Shown here: one piece after another, positions 9,379-18,257 of the stretch
How the letters are laid out: every line of letters begins with the position of its first letter
Position numbering within the stretch: position 1 is the first letter of the stretch
Assembly: GCF_000018105.1 (NCBI RefSeq)
Contig: NC_009926.1
Coordinates: 30,001-62,000 of the forward strand
DNA: 32,000 nucleotides
Direction: 5' to 3'
Source: Acaryochloris marina MBIC11017
GTDB taxonomy: Bacteria > Cyanobacteriota > Cyanobacteriia > Thermosynechococcales > Thermosynechococcaceae
Translations under genes and position numbers: made by a program
Notes under the pieces: generated by a model
What the model saw: only the letters and a program-made list of their open reading frames with translations
The model's database searches: none
What the model was told of the DNA's origin: nothing

Positions 9379-9461
9379 ATATTGTCTCTTCCTTAAAGGG
9401 ACACCCAGCTTAGGTTAAGTGCCGATAAATGAAGTTGATTTTATTAAGACAAAAAAAATAT

Positions 9462-9481
9462 TAAGTGTAGGGATACGGATA
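9462..9481 (+). repeat. Isolated iteron copy
   Basis: TAAGTGTAGGGATACGGATA, followed by TTGAGACAAT. That sequence is the inverted partner of ATTGTCTCA at 9520-9528. Confidence 0.75.
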
Positions 9482-9497
9482 TTGAGACAATCTATTT

Positions 9498-9927
9498 TTA
9501 GTGCTAGGATACGGAGAAAATTGTCTCATCCTGTCTTACACCTTGCTCGGTACCCAATAATTTAGGTCTTGATACTAAGTGCTAGGATACGGAGAAATTT
9601 GTCTCATCCTGTCTTACATCTTGCTCGGTACCCAATAATTTAGGTCTTGATACTAAGTGCTAGGATACGGAGAAATTTGTCTCATCCTGTCTTACATCTT
9701 GCTCGGTACCCAATAATTTAGGTCTTGATACTAAGTGCTAGGATACGGAGAAATTTGTCTCATCCTGTCTTACACCTTGCTCGGTACCCAATAATTTAGG
9801 TCTTGATACTAAGTGCTAGGATACGGAGAAATTTGTCTCATCCTGTCTTACATCTTGTTCGGTATCCAATAATTTAGGTCTTGATACTAAGTGCTAGGAT
9901 ACGGAGAAATTTGTCTCATCCTGTCTT
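9498..9927 (+). repeat. 78-bp tandem direct repeat, ~5.5 near-identical copies, each carrying the iteron core AGTGCTAGGATACGGAGA
   Basis: The core starts at 9500, 9578, 9656, 9734, 9812 and 9890, an exact 78-bp period. The unit is AAGTGCTAGGATACGGAGAAATTTGTCTCATCCTGTCTTACA[C/T]CTTGCTCGGTACCCAATAATTTAGGTCTTGATACT. The last copy is truncated near 9927. Confidence 0.95.
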
Positions 9928-9943
9928 CCTCAAATAATGCACT

Positions 9944-12067
9944 TCAAAATACCAAGATACGCTTAAGCTTCTCAGCAATCTCCAGAGTAATTGGACGATC
10001 TCCTCTCTCCATCTTGCCAATATAATCAGAACTCACATCAATAAACCCTGCAAGCTGCTTCCGACTTAATCCCTTAACCTTTCTGGCTTTAAGTAAGCTA
10101 CTTGGTTCGATATCAACTGCCTGGGCACGGTCAATCACAAGAGCCATTTTCTTGGGTGAGCCAATTTTGGTTAAAAGCTCAGGGATAGGATTTGGTGGGC
10201 TTATTGTCAACTTTGCATCAAGCAATCGATCTATTAATTTAACCTTTCGCCAATTCTTGGGTTTCGGGGACTCACTATCAGGTTGCAGCCAGCTTGGGTA
10301 CGTTTCGGGATCAAACTGTAAAAGCCATCCTAATTTATTGAGCATTTTCAAGGATTTATCCCACCGTTTTCTCAAATCTCTGGCCTTGCCCTTTTGATTT
10401 CGTGCTGTTTCTATTTCCGAAAGTGGAATTACTTCCTCAAGGAGTTTCCCCACAGTATAGTCATAAGGATTCTCATTTCTAGCTCTAATTCGAGAATCAA
10501 GCGTGAGTTGGATGGCTAATCGTAAAGCCATTTCATTATGGTAAGGATCGATTTGTAAAATATCTTTAGCAAGGTAGCCAAATTGGTACAGAGCTTCTTG
10601 TGCCTTAAGACCAGCTCGGTTTAGAAAATTCATTGTCCATAAGCCTGGAGAAACGGTTATGTAAACTTCTTCTGGCTTTTCAATTTTTTTCGTCACAAAA
10701 TCAAACTGTCCAGTAGGCTCTATCAATACATCCCACATCCGACCAGTGGGAGTACTAGCATCGATTTTACTTTTGCCCCTACCTGCTATCCATACTGACC
10801 TTACCAATAAGCAAGAAAGAGCATAGGCTGTGCTAGCAACAGCAAGTCTCTTTTCTGGTAAAGCAGTATTATGGTTTTTATCCCATCCGAGAAGCTTAAT
10901 TATATCGGTCGCATTAAGGGTAAATGAGCTATTCCAGGGCTCCTCTTGTTCCATTGTTTTCGCAGCGAAGATGAGCTGAAGTTTGACAGTATCAAACCCA
11001 AAGATATCAATGATCTGTTCAGCAGCTTCCCAGGGTAAAAGGGCAATGTCTCCTGGGGAGGTAATGTAGTGTTCGATAAAGTTACCTGGATTAGATTTGC
11101 TACGATACTTAAATTTCGCATTCGAATTTTCATCTTGCTGCCATAGATCGGGGCGAAGCTGTGCCTTTATGCTGCTAGCAATAGGGATAGATGTAGGTAA
11201 AGCAGTTACAGCAGGTAGTTCTATTCTGGCTTTGTTTTTAGGTAGTGGCGAACGTCGAAGCCCTAATAAAGCATGCATATCTTCAAGAGAGCAGCTAGGT
11301 AGACTCAACTGCTCAATTAAAATTAGAGCAATTTCCCGACTATGGAAAGAAGCCCTTACTTTTATCTGATCACAAATAGGGCCAGTTTTATTAGTTTTGA
11401 GAAATTTGATAACTATTTGTTGTAGTTGTGATGCAGACATTTCTCGTAAAGCCTTACTTCCAAGTTCAGACTCTAGTTCCTGCAAAGCTAAATTCAATAA
11501 TTCTCTGCAAAAGGTATTTGAGATGGTCCCCTTAAATGACTCATGGCAGAAAAAGTCAGAAAGTGATTCATTCAAGTACTTTTTAACGGTTATTTCATCA
11601 ATATTAAATTGTAGTACTTGAGATTCACGAGATATATCAGTATTTATCTGAATGTGTGGAAGAAAGGTATCTAAGGCACTCTTACCTTTTTCTTTAATAA
11701 CTTCTTCAACCTTGAACTTATATACCTTGAGCAAATGCAAGTAAAGATGTTGAATTATTAATCTAGATAGATCAGTCCTTTCAAGCAGAAAGTCGATCAT
11801 CTGATCCAGAAAATCTAAAGAGATAACTTGGTCAATAGCAACATCAAGCGGTAAGGTAACGAAGAATATTTGATCTTCTGAGTTAACACTTGCTAAATGA
11901 TGAGATTCCGGCGAGATGTTTTCTCCTGACTTATCAGCAGCTAATATATCATCATGACAATCTAGATTCATAGTCAACTTAGAACGTGTAACCAGCTCAT
12001 CAGAGTTAAAGCCATTCACTCTAATGTCCACTTTTCGTGTTGATCGATGTCTATCAGAAGCAGACAC
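9944..12067 (-). CDS. Large (707 aa) protein with a C-terminal XRE-family HTH; remainder unassigned (possible initiator-like winged-helix region)
   Basis: The C-terminus KVKGLSRKQLAGFIDVSSDYIGKMERGDRPITLEIAEKLKRIL is a typical HTH_XRE. The gene is AT-rich, and its 3' end abuts the 78-bp repeat array. Confidence 0.7.
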   Translation of the reverse strand: MSASDRHRSTRKVDIRVNGFNSDELVTRSKLTMNLDCHDDILAADKSGENISPESHHLASVNSEDQIFFVTLPLDVAIDQVISLDFLDQMIDFLLERTDLSRLIIQHLYLHLLKVYKFKVEEVIKEKGKSALDTFLPHIQINTDISRESQVLQFNIDEITVKKYLNESLSDFFCHESFKGTISNTFCRELLNLALQELESELGSKALREMSASQLQQIVIKFLKTNKTGPICDQIKVRASFHSREIALILIEQLSLPSCSLEDMHALLGLRRSPLPKNKARIELPAVTALPTSIPIASSIKAQLRPDLWQQDENSNAKFKYRSKSNPGNFIEHYITSPGDIALLPWEAAEQIIDIFGFDTVKLQLIFAAKTMEQEEPWNSSFTLNATDIIKLLGWDKNHNTALPEKRLAVASTAYALSCLLVRSVWIAGRGKSKIDASTPTGRMWDVLIEPTGQFDFVTKKIEKPEEVYITVSPGLWTMNFLNRAGLKAQEALYQFGYLAKDILQIDPYHNEMALRLAIQLTLDSRIRARNENPYDYTVGKLLEEVIPLSEIETARNQKGKARDLRKRWDKSLKMLNKLGWLLQFDPETYPSWLQPDSESPKPKNWRKVKLIDRLLDAKLTISPPNPIPELLTKIGSPKKMALVIDRAQAVDIEPSSLLKARKVKGLSRKQLAGFIDVSSDYIGKMERGDRPITLEIAEKLKRILVF

Positions 12068-12129
12068 TAAAATTAACCCTCCTCAAGCGAAATATAAATA
12101 GCCAGATACAATAATCATTATTTTGAAGC

Positions 12130-12142
12130 ACACCTAAGGTGT
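12130..12142. promoter_or_regulatory. 13-bp palindrome ACACCTAAGGTGT upstream of the 707-aa gene (candidate operator)
   Basis: Perfect 6-bp arms around one central base, 63-75 nt upstream of the ATG at 12067. Confidence 0.35.
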
Positions 12143-12273
12143 TTGAAAAGGAAAGACTAATGATTTTAATTAAAAGTGATTTAAAATCAGTATTTTCCAT
12201 AAACAAAGACCTATTATTTCAAATGAATAGGAATGTGACCTTGAATTTGTAAGATTTATAGATTTCAATCGAT

Positions 12274-13341
12274 TCATAGTTTTTTTAATGGCTGAGAGAT
12301 TGCTGACCAGGCAGTCAGAGCATCAGTGCAACGCTGAGGGTCAGACTCAGCACAATAGCAGAGGCAATATAGACTCTCCATCAAAATAAACAAGGAAGGA
12401 TCTGGAAGGTTAAGCATAACGACAGTATCATCAGCCTCTGTTGTTGTAGCGAGGCAATTTTCAATTATTTCTCGTAGATTTCTAAGATCAATATCCTCGC
12501 CATAAGAAGAATAAAAAGACAATGCATTCTTTGTATTTTCTGGTAGAGATTGCGGCCAATACTCTTGTGTGTCCAGAAAGATCATAAACAAGCCAATCTC
12601 AGAAGGTAAGAGCTTCTGGAATTTTTTAGAAGATGAATCACCACAAAATAAATAATGAGATTTTCCCAGCCTCCATATATCGCCATTCACAACCTTCTTG
12701 GGTTCAACGGTAAGCTGCTTTAAGTCAAGTTCACTAACTTGCTTTCTTTTTCGTTGCCTTTTTGTAGTATCTTTTTCATCTTGAAAAGATTTACCACCTA
12801 TTCTAGAGGTATCAATTAATCGGTTGTCCATGCCCCTTCGAAGCTTAGCGGGGCTGTCATTGCTATTTAGCTGCAGTTCGTTTCGAATTTTTCCTACAAA
12901 TGTGTTACTAACGCCACATCTCTTAGAGATTGCATTATCACTCCATAAACTCCACTCATGATCACGTATTAGTCTTTCTACGGATCGACGTTTATCCGCA
13001 TTGGTACGCCTTAAACCATGTACAGCGTTAGCTCCAACAGCAAATAATACAGCATCCCTCTGTGTTCCTAGTCGAACCTCAGCAACTATTTCCTTCGTGC
13101 CAAGACTTTCTCTTGCACGCACTCTATGAAAACCGTCAGCTAGCCAATATTCTTTACCATCATAATAAACAGTAACAGGTGGAAATTTTGCACCTTGTTG
13201 CATATCATCGGCATATTCAGCTACAACTTCTTCGTATAACTGGGAGCGAGGTTGAGTACCTCCATCCATACGTATTTTAGCTATCTCAACAGACTGGACA
13301 TTCGATTCAGTAGATATGCTAGTGGTTTGTTTGGAAGGCAT
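12274..13341 (-). CDS. ParB/Srx-fold (ParB-like nuclease N-domain) protein with an HTH and a degenerate DNA-methyltransferase-like C-terminal tail
   Basis: KFPPVTVYYDGKEYWLADGFHRVRARESLG is ParB-N box-like, followed by SKRCGVSNTFVGKIR (HTH-like). In the C-terminus, GDIWRLGKSHYLFCGDSSSKKFQKLL...LFMIFLDTQEYW mirrors the N-terminus of ParB-methylase fusions, but the DPPY motif is replaced by DTQEY and the tail is too short. Confidence 0.75.
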   Translation of the reverse strand: MPSKQTTSISTESNVQSVEIAKIRMDGGTQPRSQLYEEVVAEYADDMQQGAKFPPVTVYYDGKEYWLADGFHRVRARESLGTKEIVAEVRLGTQRDAVLFAVGANAVHGLRRTNADKRRSVERLIRDHEWSLWSDNAISKRCGVSNTFVGKIRNELQLNSNDSPAKLRRGMDNRLIDTSRIGGKSFQDEKDTTKRQRKRKQVSELDLKQLTVEPKKVVNGDIWRLGKSHYLFCGDSSSKKFQKLLPSEIGLFMIFLDTQEYWPQSLPENTKNALSFYSSYGEDIDLRNLREIIENCLATTTEADDTVVMLNLPDPSLFILMESLYCLCYCAESDPQRCTDALTAWSAISQPLKKL

Positions 13342-13471
13342 TCAGAACTAGCAGTAGACAACAACATAAAGACATGAAAGCATCTAAACTCATAAGCAAC
13401 TAATAATTCAAGGAATTAAAAGCCTACTGTTAAGTTGTGTTAAGTATGACTTTTGTGCCTCAGTAACTTGA

Positions 13472-14029
13472 TTACATCCTTGAGGAGTTCCTCTTTTGCC
13501 CAATTTTGTGTGTATTGATGACTCTTCCATCTATCCCTCTTCGAGTTTTTGACTTCCAACCGTTGAAAGTGGGCGACAGTTGATGCCTGAGCTTTCCAAC
13601 GAAAGTATTGCTAACTCCACATTTCTTGGCAATTGCATTGTCACTCCATTGATTCCACTCAGAATCTTTTAATAGTCGCTCGACGACTCTTCGCTTGTCT
13701 TCGTTAGTACGTTGAAATCCATGAATTGTATTAGCTCCTGCTGAAAAAAGTATTGCATCACGACGAGAACCAAGCCAAACCTCTGCACAAATTATTGGTT
13801 GACCAATGCTCTCTTTAGCTCGAACACGGTGAAAACCATCAGCTAACCAATATTCAGCACCATCATAGAAAACAGTAACAGGGGGAAACTTAGCTCCCAG
13901 TTTCATGGCACCTGTATACTCCTGTACAACTGCCTGGTTGGTCTGCTTTCGAGGTTGAACCTCTTCGTCAAGGTTGATTTCCGATAAATCTAGATTAGTT
14001 ATAGAGCTATCAGACCTTATTAAGTACAT
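13472..14029 (-). CDS. ParB/Srx-fold protein, short paralog of 12274-13341
   Basis: 185 aa. KFPPVTVFYDGAEYWLADGFHRVRAKESIG...GANTIHGFQRTNEDKRRVVERLLKDSEWNQWSDNAIAKKCGVSNTFVGKLR is collinear with the neighbouring gene. Confidence 0.8.
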   Translation of the reverse strand: MYLIRSDSSITNLDLSEINLDEEVQPRKQTNQAVVQEYTGAMKLGAKFPPVTVFYDGAEYWLADGFHRVRAKESIGQPIICAEVWLGSRRDAILFSAGANTIHGFQRTNEDKRRVVERLLKDSEWNQWSDNAIAKKCGVSNTFVGKLRHQLSPTFNGWKSKTRRGIDGRVINTHKIGQKRNSSRM

Positions 14030-14399
14030 TTTCTTAGACTCCAGTCTAATATTTCAGTTTACATATTTTTTCCTACTAAAAGGAAAACAAAGCCAATAAT
14101 GATTGCTCATACTTAAGTTAATTTATCTAGAGCCATACACCAGAAGAACTAGTTTTAAGTGTCATACAAAGAATTAATATTTAACTCTAGTAAATGTATA
14201 AGCAAAAGACTAATTTATAAAACAATGAATAACTGAATTGATTACAGAATACATCTAGAAAACTACCCTTATGTCAAAAAAATTAAAACACCTTAAATCT
14301 TCCAGGATAATGTGTATGACCTCTTGTATTCTTTAAACTTCGGGGACCCCAAAGTTCACTATAGAGTTTTTTCTGATATATTCCTCCGATTTATATTAA

Positions 14400-16973
14400 A
14401 TGAAATTATCGTTTGGAGAAGTACCAAAGAAACGTACTAAGCGGATTCTGAGAGCTATACTTACATTTGCCAATGGGAACAAACAGGTTAATTCTTACCG
14501 CTACTGTTTGAGCAATATTCAGATAGACAGGAGTGGTCCCAAGCAAGTGACGATAAAGGCTACTCTTAAGCAATTGGCAGAGTTAGTAAGCTACTCAGAT
14601 AAGTTGCATGTGGAGAGTAGCCCTGATCCACTTACTCAATGGAGTTTGCAGGAAGCTTTAGAGCATCTAAGACTTACACTCGGGGTATTTTCTGATATCC
14701 GCCAGAAACGTCAAGGCTCAAAGTACTGGGTATTCCGACTTGACTTATGGTTTGTCATTGAAGACCAAGTAGGTAATTTAGCAGAATTCGATCGTAAATG
14801 GGAACGTAAAAAAAACTTAGTATCATCCAAAAAGACTTCTACTTCTCAACTAGAAAATCATATTCCCTTTCAAGTTCTTGTTGATATACAAAACTTTGTC
14901 GGTCGTGAAGCAGAGCTAAAAAGTCTTGAAAATTTCTTAGTTTTCAACAAATCAGGAATAGCAATTGTTGGTATCTACGGTATGGGAGGAGTTGGTAAAA
15001 GTACTCTTGCTAAGCACTTTGCCCATCAATATCGAAAATCATTTCCTGATGGGGTTCTGTTTGCCGATCTCCGTATTCAAGAGCCTTCCGCACTCTTAGA
15101 GAGTTTTGCTAGAGCCTATAGTTGTGATCTCAACTCAACAATGAATATTTTGGATAAGGCAGAGCGTGTTCGTACAATCTTGTCTCAGAAGCGTTCTCTG
15201 TTGATACTTGATAATGCCAATGATTCAGAAATTCTTAATTATCTATTGCCAACATTTGGACAATGTTCAGTAATAGTTACTGCGCGTGACAAAGATATTG
15301 CTCCCCTCCAAGGGTTTCAAGAGTTAATTCTGGAACCATTCAGTAAGTCCGAGTCAATGGAGTTGCTAACTAAGTTAGTAGGTAGGGATAGAATTAAATC
15401 AGAAAACAATGAAGCAGTAAAAATCACCGAGATGTGTGGAAATCTGCCATTAGCGATTAATATATCTGGAAGTTTAATAAAATTTTCTTGCTGTAGTTTA
15501 AGTGATTATAGATTTAGTTTTGAAAATGAGCAACAAAAGCTAGATATTTTTGAGTGGCGTTCTCGCTCATTAAGATCTTCGTTTAATATCACATGGGATT
15601 TATTGGGTGAGACATTAAAGAGACTATTATCAACAACTTCAATTTTTGGAGGTTCTAGTATTGACATTGATGCACTATCAGTAATGTTAGATAAGAAACC
15701 GATTAAATTGCAATTGGAGATGGGAGGCTTAATCGCGGTATCCTTAGTTTATACTAATAAATCAAAACACTATAAGTTGCACCCACTAGTTAAAGAATTT
15801 GCAACTGAGAAGCTATTTGAAAGAGAATCAAATGAAGTAAATACTTTACATCTATGCCTGGCTAGATATTATCTAAGTTCTATTAAATCCGGTAAACTAA
15901 ACTATGATCATATCAACGATAATTATGGAAATATTATTGAAATAGTTTATTGGACATTTAAGAATTGCTACTTCAAGGAAGTTGTAGAGTTTGGTAATAT
16001 CATTGGAGACTTCCTTCTGTTTAAAGGGTATTGGAATGATGGTAATAACATACTAAGGAACACAATCTTTGCTTGCCAGCAGTTAGGGTACGCTCAAACT
16101 GAGTTCGAAATTCGCTTAAAGCTGAGTGAACTTGCTAGGGAACAGGCTGATTATGATCAAGCTCAGGAACAATACGAAGCTTGTAAGACTTTTTTTGAAG
16201 AGACGGATCAAAAATCGCAATTGGCAATTGTATTTCGTGAATTAGGCGAGCTTACACGAGTCCGGCGCAATTATTTACAAGCTCGCAAATTACATCAGAA
16301 AAGCCTCTTATTAAATATCGAACTGGACAATAAGAAAGGGGAAGCACAAAGCCTCCATGACTTAGGACTAATTGAACGTATATTTGGTGATTATAATCGA
16401 GCTATACAGCTTTTTGAACGTAGTTTAAAAATCCGTGAATCTCTTGGTGATTTATTAGGCATATCATATAATTATTTGGAACTTGGGATTATTGCTCGTC
16501 TAAAAAAGGATAAAAAGGCTATAGAGTTTCTAAGAAGTAGTTGTTTCGAGTTTGAAAGATTTGGAGATAAGCGTGGTCTAGCATATGTATTTCGTGAACT
16601 TGGAGAATTAGCTGTTGATGAAATGGATTATGTTGAAGCAGATAAGTTTCATAAGAAAAGCCTTCAATTGAGACAAGAACTTGGAGATCAACGGGGTAAA
16701 GCTATAAGCCTTTATAGAATAGGACGGCTCAATCAGCTTCAGAAAAATTATGAATTATCAAAGCAATACTTTTTAGATAGTATTGCTATTGCTAAAAAAC
16801 TAGACGATAAGCTACATAAAGCCTTTAACCTTGTTCGATTGGGTGAGCTTGCCAACCTTTCAGGGCAAAAGTCTTCAGCAATAGCTAATTGGAGACAAAG
16901 TCTAGAACTGTTTAATGAGATGCATGTTGCAGATCCTGAAGCAATTGAAGTTAAAGAGCTATTAATGAGTTAA
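14400..16973 (+). CDS. STAND NTPase: unassigned N-terminal domain (~170 aa) + NB-ARC + C-terminal TPR array
   Basis: P-loop GIYGMGGVGKSTLA, Walker B LLILDNANDSE, and GNLPLAI (the GxP/GLPL motif of NB-ARC). More than 6 TPR-like units are present (e.g. FRELGELTRVRRNYLQARKLHQKSLLLNIELDNKKGEAQSLHDLG). Confidence 0.85.
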   Translation: MKLSFGEVPKKRTKRILRAILTFANGNKQVNSYRYCLSNIQIDRSGPKQVTIKATLKQLAELVSYSDKLHVESSPDPLTQWSLQEALEHLRLTLGVFSDIRQKRQGSKYWVFRLDLWFVIEDQVGNLAEFDRKWERKKNLVSSKKTSTSQLENHIPFQVLVDIQNFVGREAELKSLENFLVFNKSGIAIVGIYGMGGVGKSTLAKHFAHQYRKSFPDGVLFADLRIQEPSALLESFARAYSCDLNSTMNILDKAERVRTILSQKRSLLILDNANDSEILNYLLPTFGQCSVIVTARDKDIAPLQGFQELILEPFSKSESMELLTKLVGRDRIKSENNEAVKITEMCGNLPLAINISGSLIKFSCCSLSDYRFSFENEQQKLDIFEWRSRSLRSSFNITWDLLGETLKRLLSTTSIFGGSSIDIDALSVMLDKKPIKLQLEMGGLIAVSLVYTNKSKHYKLHPLVKEFATEKLFERESNEVNTLHLCLARYYLSSIKSGKLNYDHINDNYGNIIEIVYWTFKNCYFKEVVEFGNIIGDFLLFKGYWNDGNNILRNTIFACQQLGYAQTEFEIRLKLSELAREQADYDQAQEQYEACKTFFEETDQKSQLAIVFRELGELTRVRRNYLQARKLHQKSLLLNIELDNKKGEAQSLHDLGLIERIFGDYNRAIQLFERSLKIRESLGDLLGISYNYLELGIIARLKKDKKAIEFLRSSCFEFERFGDKRGLAYVFRELGELAVDEMDYVEADKFHKKSLQLRQELGDQRGKAISLYRIGRLNQLQKNYELSKQYFLDSIAIAKKLDDKLHKAFNLVRLGELANLSGQKSSAIANWRQSLELFNEMHVADPEAIEVKELLMS

Positions 16974-17080
16974 TCTAGATTTCAAAACAATCTTATTTTT
17001 CGAAGAATTAGAAAATCATTAAATAAAGGATACAATAATATTTTATCCAGAAGTAGGTATATTATTTCTAATATAGATTA

Positions 17081-17809
17081 TTATTTTTTAGCTGCTACAA
17101 GTATTCGATTCTGAGTGGTTATGATTCCTCTATCAGTCATATATGTTTCTACTATTTTTTCTAGAACATGACTGTCTTCTATCCGATCAAAACCTCTTAT
17201 TGTAGGAGTTTGCTCTAATAGTAGAATAAGACCTTCAAAGGAGTAGTACGTTTTCCAAAACCCATTCTTTGTTGAGACTTCTGTAAATAAATGAGAAAAC
17301 TCCTCTCTAAATTCAATCTCTCGTTCACCTTCATCATAATCACAAAATTGCCCTCGCAAACCTTTACTATCTCGACCGAACAAAGCTTTCAAGTTCCATT
17401 TATCCCTATCTCCAATTTTTTCAATAATTGTATGACCGCCTGGCTTAAGTACTCTGTGAACTTCACTTGTATTGTGAGGAGCAACCATTGCAGTAACAAC
17501 ATCAAACACGTGATCTTCAAAAGGAAGATCTTCTGCTGATCCACTAACAATAGAAATATTATCCAAATTTGCGAGCTTAATATTCTCTTCAGCCTTGAAG
17601 CGCATTCTTTCGTTCGGCTCGATCCCTATTATCTCTTGATAGTTAGTAATTGAAGCTAACTGAATTAACTTTGTTGCAGTCCCACAACCAATATCCAAGA
17701 GTCTATGCTGAGTTTTCACTACTTTTCTAATTTCATAAATCAAATCCCATGGACGATTTTCATTAATACCTCTTAATATATCCATTTCGTATGATTCAGT
17801 GTAAGGCAT
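17081..17809 (-). CDS. Class I SAM-dependent methyltransferase (Methyltransf_11/25-like, small-molecule type)
   Basis: Motif I LLDIGCGTATKL, post-I IIGIEPN, and VLKPGGHTII. There is no DPPY/NPPY DNA-methylase motif. Confidence 0.8.
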   Translation of the reverse strand: MPYTESYEMDILRGINENRPWDLIYEIRKVVKTQHRLLDIGCGTATKLIQLASITNYQEIIGIEPNERMRFKAEENIKLANLDNISIVSGSAEDLPFEDHVFDVVTAMVAPHNTSEVHRVLKPGGHTIIEKIGDRDKWNLKALFGRDSKGLRGQFCDYDEGEREIEFREEFSHLFTEVSTKNGFWKTYYSFEGLILLLEQTPTIRGFDRIEDSHVLEKIVETYMTDRGIITTQNRILVAAKK

Positions 17810-17863
17810 AAGTATTATTAATTTGGTAAAGTGAATTCTGCAATGAAATTGGGTCTAGTACTA

Positions 17864-17914
17864 TATACGAGTAGACTAATTATCTTGTATTAAGTAAATA
17901 ATGCTACTCGTATA
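17864..17914. repeat. 11-bp perfect inverted repeat TATACGAGTAG / CTACTCGTATA with a 29-nt spacer
   Basis: Read directly. It lies 55-105 nt upstream of the methyltransferase start in an AT-rich spacer. Confidence 0.8.
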
Positions 17915-18257
17915 CAAGACACTAGTAATTTGAATCGCTTAAATACACTCTTGTCATCGACATATCAAATTTCAATAGAATCATAAAAATAATATATATC
18001 TAGTAAGCAATTGACTCTAACTAATGATAAAAAATAAAATCAGTCTCAGAAAAGCCATGTATGTCAGGCTCGAGTTAAGTTTTTATATTTGAATGCAATT
18101 GCTTACTATATTCTTATTAGGATTATTTTTTAATGAATAACTTATTTTGTTTATATTAATATGGGATGCCTATAGCTAAATCTTAACAAAGCCTTTTACT
18201 ATCAACAATTGGTTTTCTCTTATTACTCTAACATAGGAATTTTCTGCAATATTATTC

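Noticed and set aside
9498-9927. Regularly spaced repeats that might be read as a CRISPR array
   Set aside because: The 78-bp units are contiguous and nearly identical over their whole length, so there are no unique spacers. No cas genes are present. The shared core also occurs as 22-bp phased iterons next to rep.
12161-12189. TGATTTTAA-N11-TTAAAATCA inverted repeat as a terminator of the ParB-fold gene
   Set aside because: The stem is entirely A/T (very weak) with no clear U-tract, so it is not convincing as an intrinsic terminator.
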